Notes: generated by a model from the letters alone, not told the origin. 64,000 nucleotides of DNA from Octopus vulgaris (GCA_951406725.2 OX597817.1:125488001-125552000); one strand, 5' to 3'. Shown: positions 38,059-51,996, counted from the first letter of the stretch. Translations and numbers: made by a program.

Positions 38059-41000
38059 GCATGCATGGGTGTATGTGTGCATGATCACATGCATGCCTAA
38101 GTGTGTGTAAGCCATTTACTATAGTAGTACTTTCAGAAATGGTGGAATTAAAAAGAAAATGATTTTTGCGTAAGTAATGGTAAATATAAAAGCATTTTCT
38201 CTGAACCCTTCTTGAAATTGAAAAGAAGTATTCTTCAGTAGACCTCTGAATTTAAAAGACTTTGACATGATAGTTCTCAGTTCTCAATATGGTGACAGCT
38301 TGTTCTATTCATAAATTTGAATTTGGCTTTTGCCTGTAACGACATGCTATTTCACTATTAATGCACACTCAGTTTTATAGGAGTGATAAAATTTCTTGAT
38401 TGATGCTGATTTATCCCACCTGATTTAATACTCCTGATTTAACAATAACGTTTTCCTAACTTATCTTTTCCTTATAGTAACAGTGACGAATTCAACCAAA
38501 CATTGCTGCTTCAGATTGATGAATGGTTCAAAAAGGCAAACCCAAAACTTAACAGATAATTAACTGTATTCTGTTTGTGCAGAAACTGTGATGGGGGGAT
38601 TTTGCTGAAGAGCAGTACTGAAGGCTTATAGACAATGTCTTACTAAAAGTGCTCAACAAGGTCTTGTGAGACCATGTATAACTTTCAAAATATTTGTTGT
38701 TTTAAAAGATTGCTTTTAAAATTCTAACAAATTCTATTGCTACAAAGCTACAAAAGCACTCTAATATCTAGCCTACAGATTAGCCATTGCTTCTCTCTTT
38801 TTTTTTCTTTTTACAAATCATATAATCTTTTCTAATTCTCAGAGCCTTCTGGTTTTATGTCATCTCTCTGGTCTCCCCTCATATATCACCCATGTTGTAT
38901 CAAACCATGTAGACCCAGCAGCAGCAGCCTTGGCACCTCATTGTTTCTTCCTATAATATAAACCTCATGGATGTAGATATCATTTCTGCACGTGTTGACT
39001 TGCAACAGTTTAAGTGGAAAATCAGTTTCTCTAGATTAAGGTGAGTCTATGTTCCTCCATGCAATAACAAATGTTAAATGTTTACTGATGAGGTTTAATA
39101 GTACTGAAACTTGTCTGGAGTTATCATCATACAAATAAAGATCAGATTCAGTACGTTAACATCAGATTCAGTCCACACTGCATTCCATATTCAATTAGTT
39201 GTTATTAATTGTAATCTCAAGGTTATCTATTTTTCTACTTTGACTGGATTTATTAATTTAGATAAAGCAAAGACTTGCAAGTTTTATATGAGTGTTGGAT
39301 AGTAAGCCTCATGGTATTTTTTCTGATTTTTTGTGTTCTGAGTTCAGATTCTAATGAGGTCAGCTTTCTCTTCCACTGTTTTAGGATTGATTAGCAAAGA
39401 ACCTATCTTGGCAGAACTTTTGAATGATTGGGCAAGATGTCTTGTGGTATCTGTTCTGGTTCTTTGTGTTGTGATTGCTGCAATGTAATGGAACTGACAA
39501 CTACTTTCATCAGTCCAAGTCTCTGGCCTTTTCTTTGGATAACATTTGCAGTGGGGAGAAAGGATTCTTGCATATGTGGGCAACTGCCAGACTCTCTCAA
39601 GAAAATCATGTCCATATTTGCATATAGATGTGCAGCTGCATAGTCAGCCTTGTCTGACTGAGGTCCCTATAAAGCCATCTAGATAATGATTTCCTTTTAT
39701 CATTAGGGGCTTTACATTTAATTACTTAATGTTTCTTTGCAACTATTTCTGGCAGACAAAATGAACACATAGAAGATTACTCATTAGTTCATTGATACTT
39801 GTTTGTCTGTTTTGGCAGTTGTTTGTCTGCAGACCGGCCCTCATCAAGTAGACCATATTGTAATAAGTAGATTATCTTTGAAGCGGAGACAATATTTTGG
39901 GACACATTTTTAAAGGACATAGCATAACTACCTAGGAAAGAATATATAAAAATGCCTGAAAATCATAGACAGGTGAGATATCTCAAAACTTGAAAGTCAT
40001 CTGGTACTTTGATGGAGTCATCTTCACCATGTCAAATTGCAGCCTAATGGGGAACAATTTATTCGTACATATGCATCATGTGGGTATACCCACAAATGAT
40101 TTTTTTATATTATTTGCATATAGTCTTGGAATGACGATTCAGCTTGCCTCTGATTCGGTTCAGGTATATGATATTGATAAGCTACAAAAATGATGAAACA
40201 TCCATGCCCATTGATCCTGAATGGGAATTTGGGAGAGTTGTCTCTCACCTTTCTATGATCTTCAGGTGTTTCAAAACCTGGCACTTTGATAGAGTCCTCT
40301 CTACCATACCAGAGCAGCCTACTAGTAAATACATACAATAAGTATGTATTTTCAATAATACACACACACACTTATATATGAGTATTTATGTTCAATAATA
40401 TATATATATATGTATATATATCATACACACACAGATATATATATATATGTATGTATGCATATGTGTGGATGCCTTTGCCTTTGTCGTTGTCCCACTCCAC
40501 CACTTGACAACCAATGCTGGTTTGTTTATGTCTCCATAGTTTCTTTAGACTCCAACCAGTCTCTTCCAACCAGTTGGAAGAGACTGGTTGAATAAGAACC
40601 AAAATTAGAAAAACAACTACTGAGTTAATTTGTGTGACTGCACCCTTCAAGACAGTACCTCAGTATTGCTGCAGACCATAGAGGCCCACACTTTGGCTTG
40701 AGCTTCTATTCTTACTTGCCTGAGTAAGATTTTGTATTATCTGTGTGGAATTGATTTCTTGTTTAATTGAATTTTCTATTAATCAATTTTTACATATTTT
40801 TTCGTTTTTCTTTTTTTTTATTTACTATTTCAATAATATGATTATTCATTTTCTTCAAGTAAAGAAATGTCATGTATAAAACAAAAGGAAAAACATTTCT
40901 GGGAGTATTAATATTCATATAATTTGTCAGGTACCATCTTACATGGTCAAGTGCTCAGAATTCTTTAGCAAAAAATGCAATGTAGTAATTTTCGATGCTC

Positions 41001-42689
41001 TAAAGAAATTTTAAAGAGCCCAAGTTCAAAACAATTTTTAAACCATTTTTCAACAAAGAATTCTCAAAAGGGAAAACATGCCACAAAATTCAACATCAAG
41101 TAACTAACAGTAAACCTTGAAAATAATCCACAGACTGTAACACAAGAGAGAGCACATGCCACATTGTCCCTCACTGACAGTGCACATGCACCTTTATACA
41201 GTTTAGAACAGTTAACTTGCTATCCCACAGGGGTATCAGGATTTTACCACAGCAATTTCAATAACATAATTCTCTTTGCTTAATTTCTACAATACTTCAC
41301 CTGGTAAAACACACCAAACTACAGTGTGCAAAAGTTTCTTCTTACTGATTTTATTGGAATTATTTACATCACTAACTTTTCTTTCTTTATTTTTTTGTTT
41401 TGTAGATTTCAACCATTCCTAGCAATTGCCGATAATTTCAGTCAATCAAAATTTTCAACCTAATATATATTACATATGTGAAACCATATATAATATGTAT
41501 ATAACTAATACCAATCCTTGTAAAATATAAGGCCTATGCTTTGGAAACAATTCCTTTCCATGATTTATTATTTCAATATATTTAATTTTCATGCTTACTC
41601 ATATACATTATTAAACTTATAATTATTTTATCGCTATTGTAGCAAATCAGGTGATCACTATGTTTTGCTGAAATAGCTAATCTCACTATAAAGTGATAGC
41701 CCATGTAGTATAGTTTATAATTGTAAATAGCAGCAATTTTGTATAATTAACAAATGTATCTAGACTAGAGCCAAATTCATTTGATTTCTTTTTTGCTGCT
41801 TTGTCAGTGAGAAAGGTTGTGCCTTTGACTCATTATTTCTCCAAGGTTTCCATAACTGGCTGTTAAAAGAGAATAACTTATCCACAAACAGAGGACCAAT
41901 CCTTAATACCTGCTAAAGAAACTCAAGGACAAAGTTCTGATATCTATGAAGATAAATTGTATAAGAAATCAGAACTCCAAAGGTCGGAGCAAATAGTGCG
42001 AGGCACTTTGTCTGACACTGTTACAAATCCTGACATTCTGAAACTATGAATCAATAATTTATTTTATCAACTCCAAAAGAATTGAAGATCAAAAACAAAA
42101 CCGACCAGTGGGATTTCAACTAAGAGTGTGAAAAGCCCAAATAAATAATATGATGCATTTTGTCTTATGCTGCAAAGAGGTTTTGATGCCTGTTGCCATC
42201 TATATGTGATAGACTAGTATCATGTCCATATATATATTATCTCATCTGTTAAATATTATGAAAGCCAGAAATAAGATGAAGGCAATTAAATGAATTAGCT
42301 AATCAATAGGCAAGGGTATTGTGTAACATATTTCACAGAAATTCTTGATCACAAACCAAGAAACCAGATAAATTACAGGGAAAAAATGGTTGTGATGCTA
42401 ATTATGCCGACCAATCAAATATCACTGCAGATCTTTAGAGAATGCATCTATAACGAATAAATATTTAATGAAACAATTACAGAGGAATTGCGTCAAAGAT
42501 TATATTAATAGTAAGGCCTCACCATGTAGTGAATAAAAACTGAGTCAATGTACATGAAATACTATGTAGCAAATGTTTCTACTATTGTAAGTAATAAATA
42601 TACTAAGCAAAGCAAGTTCTACAGTATATACCTATATATTGTCAATATTTTTACTCAGTTTCAAGGTTTTTCCATTAAACTAGATAAAA

Positions 42690-42715
42690 GTTGTCAGTGA
42701 TTATAATTACACCTG

Positions 42716-42753
<38 letters not shown>

Positions 42754-42890
42754 GTCTTCGTCATCATCATTATTGTTGTCGTCATAGCTACAACTGCTGT
42801 TGTAATTAGTCATGGTGGTAGAGGTGTTCTCATCATCATTGCTATCATAATCATTGTTGTCCTCATCCCTTTCCCCCATTATTCTCATTA
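42690..42890. repeat. Degenerate (ATC)n low-complexity tract
   Basis: Direct reading. Confidence 0.85.
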
Positions 42891-43382
42891 ATCTATCAGC
42901 CAGTTAATCTATATGGCTTAATACCTGTATTTCTACACTGGCACAGGTTTGGTGTATGACATTTAACCGCTCATCTTGGTTCCTCTTTTCAGTCACAGGG
43001 ATTAACAGTCAGAGATTTAAAAAAAAGAATTATCTACATGGTGGTTATGACACCCGAAAAAAAAAAAATAGAAGTCAAATTTCTAACAATCTTAAACAGA
43101 AATAGGACATCTTCTAACAGTTCAACAAATATTAATTAGAAGGAATGAAATATTTATGTTTGTACAACATTTTACTTTAGGTCTTCCTCACAAGGTTGAA
43201 TAAGAGAATGACAATATCAACAAAAACTGCAACAAAAAGAATCAGACACCAAATCACATTCTTTTTCCTTCTAACTTCACCTCCTCCAGATACTCTGTAT
43301 TAACTACATATTCCTTCTTGACTGAATTTTATCTTTTTCTTTGACATGATCAGACAATAAAAATGTATAAATTAAATTACAT

Positions 43383-43633
43383 TTTCCCAAATGTATATAT
43401 TGTACAGTAAATATTCTACATGTTACCAGTAATGGTAGCATCTGCAGTTGAGATCTTTCAATAAATTAAAGCACATCAAAACTTTCTTGAAGGGCACGAT
43501 GACACATGAAAGACTAAATGACATAGTCAACCTGAATATTGAGAGTAACCTTGGAGGCAAAGATGACATCAGTGAGATAATAAAAACATTTGCTTTAGAA
43601 AAGGTGCATGAAGCATGTTTTGTTTATTTATGA
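43383..43633 (+). pseudogene. hAT transposase C-terminal dimerisation domain relic
   Basis: FPNVY..LPVMVASA-ERSFNKLKHIKTFLKGTMTHERLNDIVNLNIES (hATC motif), frameshifted. Confidence 0.8.
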
Positions 43634-44021
43634 AAATTTTTGATTCTTTATTACTGAACTCATTAAAGAGAAAATTCACAATGTGTTTAACTTTTCAATA
43701 AATTATCAAATTAATTTAAAAGATGTTTACATTTCTCAAAATGATAAGGCGAAAAGTATTTGTCCTTGGAAATATTCATAACAGAACTTGTCCCTTTAAG
43801 CTATAATTTAAAGGTATTAAGACTTGAAATATTGCTAAACCAGCCAGTAGTCCAATTTTCCTGGGTTTAGTTTCATGAAGTGCTTCCTCAGGGGCTCTAA
43901 TCCTAGGTGAGCCCAGTGCACATTAGAAAACTCAATATCCCTCAAATTACATAAAGGCATAATATATCTTCTCTGAGAGAATCATTGAAAGAGCTGATAT
44001 GGATATAAGTATGTATATGTA

Positions 44022-44913
44022 CGAGGTGGTATCAAACGGTTCCTGGGTTATTTCTGCAGCATACGGTTGCATGTGCAGTGAGAGCTAGCCGTTACCTTCA
44101 TGAGGCAGTGTGTCATATAACACTGCTGTGTTTACTTAGTAAGTTGTGAAACCTGTGTTTTAGGATCACATGTATGCTGTAGTCTGTGAGGTTGTCACGT
44201 ACAGGAACAAAGAGTGAACATGAAATTTTGCGTTAAACTTGGTAAGTCTGCTACAGAGACATTGAGCGTGCTCCAGCAAGCTTATGCGATGTGGAAATGA
44301 GCAGTAGGCAATGTTTCAAGTGGTATGGGAACTTCAAAAGTGGGGGACGTCTTTGGAAGACTATGAGCGATCTGGAAGGCCTACCATGAACGTCACCACC
44401 GAAAATTTGGAATCGTGCATCGAGAATTCATCCTCCCTATCCAGGGCCAGAACCCCTCAATCAAGATTTCTATTGCGATGTTTTGAAACATTTGAGGGAG
44501 GAAATTCGGTGAAAGTGACCGGACCTGAGGAGTGCAAAGAATTAGATTCTTCACCGAGCTCTCCTCACGCGTGAGTTTCTCACCAAAAACAACATAGTAT
44601 TGCTTCCCCACCCGCCCTATTCACCAGATTTAGCATCTACGGACTTCCATCCCTTCCCCCAAGATACAAATGCAGCTCAAAGGTCGTCATTTTTACACCA
44701 CTGTCGAAATCCAGAGAGAATCGCAGGAGGTCCTTGGCTTGCTTATGGAAAACGACGTCCAGGCCGGATTCCAAAAGTGACAGGAACACTGGGACCGGTG
44801 TATTGCTACGCAACGTGACTATTTCGAAGAAGATGAAGTTGAAACTTGGATAAATAAGTTATTATTTTTTTTATTAAACATAACTAGCCCGGGAACCTTT
44901 TGATTCCAACTCG
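44022..44913 (+). mobile_element. Internally deleted mariner element
   Basis: TA-flanked TIRs CGAGGTGGTATCAAACGGTTCC / GGAACCTTTTGATTCCAACTCG; KFCVKLGKSATET, RSGRP, HPPYSPDLASTDFHPFP. Confidence 0.9.
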
Positions 44914-45744
44914 TATATGCTGAAGATGATACTGCCTGAAATATATGAATATACAACCATGTCAAGTTTATTAGGTGAGTAATAGATATGTGGTTTCCAA
45001 GCATTTTAAGCTTTATTCCCAAGGCCACTTCTTTAGTTCTTTATTACGTCTGGATAAGACTAATGTCATTACCAAAATGCTGTCTTTTAAATAGAATCTT
45101 TGCAACAGTACATGCATTTATGCATACATTTATATACAAAAAACACGTATAAAAATATATATATATACATATACATGTGTGTGAGTACGTATATATGCAT
45201 ACCTGCACACACACGCAATCACAACACAAATATTTATATGTTTCATTTTCTATCTAAAATTTCTAATTGCATAACAGGAAAAAAAAAATCAAACAACTTT
45301 TTTCTTTGTCTACGTCAGCAATATGTCAATATGCTTTCATACTCGGCATTCTATATTCTCTGTGATGTTTATAAACATTTAGGATATTAACTTTTGCTAT
45401 AATGTGATTCAGAACCATTCCATATCGACACTTATATTCATCATACATTGATTTAATATTTTTGTTAGTTTTTTATTTATTTATTTATCTTTTTTTTTGC
45501 TTTACTTTTTAGTTTATCTTGCTGAAATGATCATTTGCACTTTGACTGTAACCACCAGCTAAATCTAGTCTGCTACCATTTTTCATCAAATCAAATGAAA
45601 GTATCTAAATATAGAAATGAGCAAAGTGCTATTACAAAAATATCACTTGCTTCCTTTTCTCACTATCTGCTGTGATGCTTGCAAGATTTTTCTGGTTGTT
45701 TTATAATTTATAAGTTATATGTCTGCATATGTGTATATATATAA

Positions 45745-45800
<56 letters not shown>

Positions 45801-45836
45801 TTCATACGTGAATATGAGAATATATATATATTATAT

Positions 45837-45884
<48 letters not shown>

Positions 45885-46754
45885 GCACAGTCATACGTGT
45901 ATATGAGAATACACACATACACACACAGACACACACACATATATTTGTCATATAAAACAGAGGCAGTATTAGATTAAAATCACCGTCAGTGTTTCAGACT
46001 TAATGCAAACATATCACGAAAAGGCAAATTAACAGCAGTATTCATTTGAAGATATAGATGTGATGCAGATTTTAAAATCACAAATATTTCAGTAGTTGGC
46101 TTAAATCGTCCAGTAATGGTGATGTGATTGCTAGATGGATGTGTATTTCTCTCTCGTTCGGTTTTGTCAGTAGCATCTATATTCAATGCCAACCACATGC
46201 TAATGAAAAAATCAATCACTGCTGATATAACAAAGCAGAAAACATGCTACTGACGAAGCTCAATGAGGAGGCTGAAATGCACATCAAGTATTTTCAACGC
46301 AGCTGCTGGACGATTTCCATCGGCTTCTCGTATATTTTGTGCTTTCCAAACACAGGATATCCTTGAGAGATATTGTCTCCAGAGGAATACCCCAGCTAAT
46401 TCACATTTTCATGATGTATTTACATCGAGTATGGTACACAGACGGATATATCAATCTAATGTTGCTTCTGTTGCTTATAACATTTTTTTGAAGCTGGGCA
46501 GCTAATTACAATGCCTATGATTCGTTTTTATACCCGTTTCCTGTATCAGTAGTGATGGTTTTCGCATTAGAATGTGATTTAGCAATCAGTACATAATACT
46601 GACAAAGCTTAAAGAGATAAAAATCGTATTTAATCATCTTCCAACCGATGCTGGATGCTTTTCATCAGCTGCACATATATTTGTTTTTAAACACAGTAAA
46701 TCCATAAGAGATATCTGTAAATGAAAACCGCAGTTAATATGATTTTTAAGACCG

Positions 46755-46970
46755 GTCCAGTGCCATGTAAATGTGCCTGTACAGTGAAACATAAAAGCGC
46801 CCATGCATTGCCACGTAAATGCATCCAGCACACTTTGTAAAATGGTTGGCATTAGGAAAGGCATCCAGCTGTAGAAATCATGCCAAATCAGACTGTAGTC
46901 TAGTGCTTGCCAGCTCCGGTCAAATCATCCAACCCATGCAAGCATGGACAATGGACGTTAAATGATGATG
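46755..46970 (+). mobile_element. RTE 3' UTR and terminus
   Basis: GGTTGGCATTAGGAAAGGCATCCAGC..GGACGTTAAATGATGATG. Confidence 0.75.
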
Positions 46971-47044
46971 AAGTTGTTGATGTTGAGCTGCATTAATTAT
47001 GATACATAGATAGCTATTTTTGTCTATCTATCTATTTATCTATC

Positions 47045-47121
47045 AATGACTGAAACAAGTAAAATGTAATCCATAAAAGATGAGTAAACATAAAAACAAA
47101 CACTAATATACATACATGTGC

Positions 47122-47174
<53 letters not shown>

Positions 47175-47231
47175 TGTTTGTTTTTATGTTTAGTCATTTT
47201 TATGGATTACCTTTTACTTGTTTCAGTCATT
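47045..47231. repeat. Inverted duplication centred on (TA)n
   Basis: About 65-bp arms 47045-47110 / 47166-47231 with about 3 differences. Confidence 0.88.
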
Positions 47232-47601
47232 CGACTTCGGCCATCCTGGGGCAGTGCCTTGAAGGATTTTAGTCGAACGAATCGACTCTAGTCCTTTTTT
47301 CTTTAAAATCCATTACTTATTTCTATCAGTCACTTTTTACTGAATCTCTAAGCTACAGAAGCAAAAACGCACTAACACCGGTTGTCATGGGGTGATGGGG
47401 GACAAACTCAGACGTAAAAACACACGCAGTATCTTTTAGTTTTCATCTAGCAAATCCTCTCACAAGGTTTTGGACTATTTGGAAATTGTTTCGGTAGAAA
47501 AAAGTTTCAGTAAAATATGTGAGGTCAAAAACGGGAGAGTAACGAACGCGGAACCATGTAGATGGAAAGCAAGATTCTTACCACACAGCCACTCATGCAC
47601 C
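47212..47601 (-). mobile_element. SINE family A with its core replaced by a local templated insert
   Basis: SINE tail and head present; 47477-47544 copies 48254-48320. Confidence 0.8.
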
Positions 47602-47711
47602 TAATAAATATAACTTCACATTTATCAGAGTGAGTACTCTATACTGACAGGGTTTATTTGGCCGGAGCTACACACAGACACACACGCACGCACATAACGG
47701 GTATAACAACT

Positions 47712-47846
47712 AACTTATTACTGGTGTAAATATACTTAAGGCATATTGGAACCCGTAAGAAAGTCATGACATTCTTCATGATACCGTGAACGGCTTTCTT
47801 ACAGGTTCGTATATAGTTCAAGCATATTTAAAATGGTAATAAGTTT
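47712..47846. repeat. Imperfect ~130-bp palindrome (MITE-like) abutting the tandem element
   Basis: AACTTATTAC..GAACCCGTAAGAAAG / CTTTCTTACAGGTTC..GTAATAAGTT. Confidence 0.65.
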
Positions 47847-47853
47847 ATATATC

Positions 47854-48085
47854 TGTTTCTTTATTACCCACAAGGAGCTAAACATAGAGGGGACAGACAA
47901 GGACAGACATACGGATTAAGTCGATTACATCGACCCAGTGCGTAACTGGTACTTGATTTATCGACCCCGAAAGGATGAAAGGCAAAGTCGACCTCGGCGG
48001 AATTTGAAATCAGAACGTAACGGCAGGCGAAATACGGCTACGCATTTCGCCCGGCGTGCTAACGTTTCTGCCAGCTCGCCGCCTT
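47854..48085 (-). mobile_element. Young Nin-domain-type tRNA SINE with a 22-bp TSD
   Basis: TSD AATGGTAATAAGTTTATATATC at 47832-47853 and 48086-48107; CpGs retained; GCCTTTCATCCTTTCGGGGTCGATAAA domain. Confidence 0.9.
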
Positions 48086-48103
48086 AATGGTAATAAGTTT
48101 ATA

Positions 48104-50083
48104 TATCATTCACACACTACCGTGTGTGAATAATATTCTTAAAGTCAACATTTACTCCCTCTTGACTATGTTTAAGCTTTGTCACTAACTAAAATTAGAT
48201 GACGTTTACTGTTTTGCACTGGTCACATCCTATGTTACATTTTCAGCTACAAAATTTGAAAATTGTTTTGGTAGAAAAAGTTTCAGTAAAATATGTGAGG
48301 TCAAAAACGGAAGAGTAACGCCTGAAATCGACTTTGAGTCAAAATTTTTTTCAAGAATTCTATATTTTATTTAGTTTATATGATAGATCTCGGCGAGAGG
48401 AATCTATCCATGTTACTTATATGGAAAACAATTCACTAGAAAAAAGTACTGAAGTGAAAATCGGCGAAAACAAAAAGAAATAAACGCCTAAAAACGACTG
48501 TAATTCCAAATATTATTCTTATTTCTAAAGAAAACTATATTTAAATTCAACTTTTCTGATAGATCTCCACTAGAAGAATCCTACGATGCGAATTATATCA
48601 AAAAAATTTGTTAATGAAAAACTACTGGGGCCAAATGTACCGAAAAAAGTGGTAATGCCTAAAATCAAATTAAAAACCGAAACTTTTTTTTTCACTTATA
48701 TGATAGAACTCATCAAAAGGAGTGTCGCGGTGCTAATCTATTCAAAAAACATCATTCACACACGGTAGTGTATGAATAATATTATTATGGTCAGCATTTA
48801 CTCACTCATGACTACTTCTAGGCTTTGTCAATAACTCAGTTTTTAACCAAAGTAGATTATATTTACTTTTTTTAGATTGGTCACACCATAAGCTACATTT
48901 CGAGGTAAAAAAATTTGAAAATTGGTTCAGGAGAAAAAAAGTTTCCGTCAAATATGAGGTCACATACGAGAGAAAAGCGCCTGAAATCGACTTTGAGTTC
49001 AAATTGTTTCTTTTTTAAATAAATCTATATTTTATTTTAGTTTATATGATAGATCTCGACGACTGGAATCTGCTCATGTTAGTTATATGCAAAAATATTC
49101 AGTAGAAAAAAGTACTAAGGTGAAACGCGGGAAAAAAAAAAGGAGATTAACGCCTGAAATCGACTTTCACTCCAATTATAATTCTTATTTCAAAAGAAAA
49201 CCATATTTAAATTTAGATTTTCTGATAGATCTCGATTACAGGAATCCCATGATGCTAATTATATATAAAAAAAATTAAACCAAAAAAACTACTGCGGCCA
49301 AATGTGCCGAAAATAGTGATAACGCCTAAAAGCAAATTCTAAACCTAAACATTTTGTTTTTGTGTTAAACTTTTGTTCTTTTTTAGCTCATATGATAGAA
49401 CTCATTAAGACGAGTGTCGTGGTACTAATCTTTTCAAAAAATATTCAAAATGAAGAAAGTATTATATAAGCTAAATGTGCCAAAAGTGCGTTAAACAATT
49501 TTCAAGTAATATTATTACTTATTACAGTACTAAGACGACGAGCTGGTAGAGTCGTTAACTCGCTGAAAGCTTTGTGGTATTTCGTCTACCTCTACATTCT
49601 GAGTTCAAATTCCATCCAGGTCGTCTTTGCCTTTTATCTTTGCGGTACTCGATAAGATGAGTATCAGCTGAGCACTGAGGTTGATGTAATCAACTTCCAT
49701 CCCCTCCCTCCGGATTTGATGGCCTTCTGCCAAAATTGGAAACCAATATTGCAAAATGCTCAATTCAATTCAGTATGTAGGTGTTTTGCAAAGTTCTATC
49801 TCATATTCATAGAACACACTACATTGTAATTAATATCATTCACACATGGTAGTGTATGAATAATATTCTTAAGGTCAACATTTACTCACTCGTGACCACT
49901 CCTACGCTTTGTCACTAATTCAGTTTTTTTCCCAAATTTGATGATGTTTATACATTTTTAGATTGACCACCTCCTAAGCTACATTTTCAGCTACGAAATT
50001 TGAAATTTGGTTCAGTTGAAAAGAAAGTTGGGATTTCAAATATGTGAGGTCAAAAAGGGGAGAATAACGCCTGAAATCGACTT
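48104..50083. mobile_element. Three same-orientation copies of a hairpin-started non-coding element (48104, 48750, 49834) with ~150-180-bp subrepeats
   Basis: Each starts with an ATTCACACA..GTGT.TGAAT hairpin; recurring TGATAGA(T/A)CTC and AACGCCT(G/A)AAA.C motifs. Confidence 0.75.
49531..49750 (+). mobile_element. Older Nin-type SINE
   Basis: AAGACGACGAGCTGGTAGA..GAGTTCAAATTCC..TTTGCCTTTTATC..CGATAAGATGAGTATCAG. Confidence 0.7.
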
Positions 50084-51921
50084 CAGAGATATACACACAA
50101 CGCTGCATACATACTTTCGTAAATACACACACATACACACACACACGATGCACGCATGCACACATTCATGTACAGATATATAATTAACTTTTAAAATGCC
50201 AATGAAGGGAAACAAATGTGAGTGTGACGAATAGGTAGCTTAAAAGAGAAAGGGGTAAATTGATTACAATTGGTGACAAGTGCACACTTTTCTGCTGTCC
50301 ATTGCAAATAAACACTCACACGCACATACACAGACACATACATGCATACATACATACGTATTGCAGAAAAATTTTACTGAGATTTAAATTTTAATCATTT
50401 TCACTTAGTCAGAAAACAGGATTTAGAAGCTGAAATTTTCTGCATGATAGTTGTCTATCACAAAATGAAAGCAAAATCATTATAGGAGGAGGAATTTTTA
50501 TTAAACAAACAAAAGCAAAGCATTACGACATCCAAAGTTGTAAGAACTTCTGAAGTTTTAATAAGTTTTTAACAGCTTTTAAACGTTAATTCAGTATTAA
50601 GAGTAGCAAAATTTAGATTATTATTTCTAAGGATAAATTGACAAGGTTTTTGCTTTCAGATACTATGATTAGATTTTCAGGGTAGCTGGATTTAGAATTA
50701 TTATTTTCAGGAAGTTGACAAGAACAGTAGCTAAATTGCAGGCTTTATTTTTAATCTGCATGAATTCCGACTAATAGACTAAATTTGCCCTAACAAGGGC
50801 AAAATTGGGTTATGAAAACTGTATTATAATATGGAATTTTAGCATATATATGAAAATTTCATTAAAAAAATATATTCCTGAAAGTTTAATGATGCAATAT
50901 TGTTATTATTTCTTTCAATGGCAGACCTGAAAGTTTCTAGTAATCCTGTTCAGAAAAGGCAAAAGGGCAGGTTTCTCTTCGTTCCATATAGTGAATGCAT
51001 TGGCTATTTTGCATTTTTAAAATTATTTATATATTAGCCAATGCTATGAAACCCTGTCCAGATAACGTTTTGTTATTTTTAGAATTCAAGAAAAAATATG
51101 AGAAAATCAAAAAAAAAAAAAAACAGCATAAAATTCTTATTTAAATTCAATTAACAACAATGAAAAGTAAGTCAGGTATTTTTTAACAAAATACCACTTA
51201 TCAGTTTTATTGTAATGCCTGGAAAAATGTAGATTACAATGGAATTTAAATAAAAAAACAATTTTAAAATCATGTCTATTGAAATGCACAATCAGATTAG
51301 TCATTTTATTTAGTTATATCAAGTACAAACAACAAAATATGAAGTTGTAAAAAATATTGCACAAGATTTTTTTTCACTTGAATTGAAATCCCATTACAAA
51401 AAAAATTAGAATTGTCATTAAATGGTTTCGAGTCAAACATATGCTCAGTCAATTCTTCCACATAAAAAAATAATAATCTGACAAATAAAAATGTATAATT
51501 GACATATGTAAAATTTATTAGTTGACATTAATACAGTAGAATTAACCTTATTCATCCATGGCAAAATCATTACTTCACCTAATTTGTCATTTTCAGTTTT
51601 CTCCTTGTGAATTCTACTGTATTTTTCAAAATTAATTAAATTTATTTAATTTTTAAAATACTGCTTTTTTTCCAAATATAAGCACATGGGCTTAAATACA
51701 GACTTAAATAAGTTTGGTTAAATATTTTTTTCTGAAAATAATAGAAATTACTGGGGTTATAGACGAAAAGAGTAAATATAATCCCATAAGCTTAAAATTG
51801 GATGAGATTATTTTGGGAAAAAAACAGTAAGGTTTTCATAATTTTCTAAATTTTAATAAAATATAGTAAATGTTAAAATGTTATTCTCGGGTGCAATATT
51901 TTAACTACACCATAATTTGAA

Positions 51922-51994
<73 letters not shown>

Positions 51995-51996
<2 letters not shown>

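Noticed and set aside
40144-40341. PIDPEWEF resembling an FGFR juxtamembrane motif
   Set aside because: No good splice donor, no kinase exons visible, and the surrounding frames are broken.
50359-51898. Helentron-like element bounded by TATTGCA/TGCAATA
   Set aside because: Only a 7-bp inverted match in AT-rich DNA, with no second copy in the window to define the ends.
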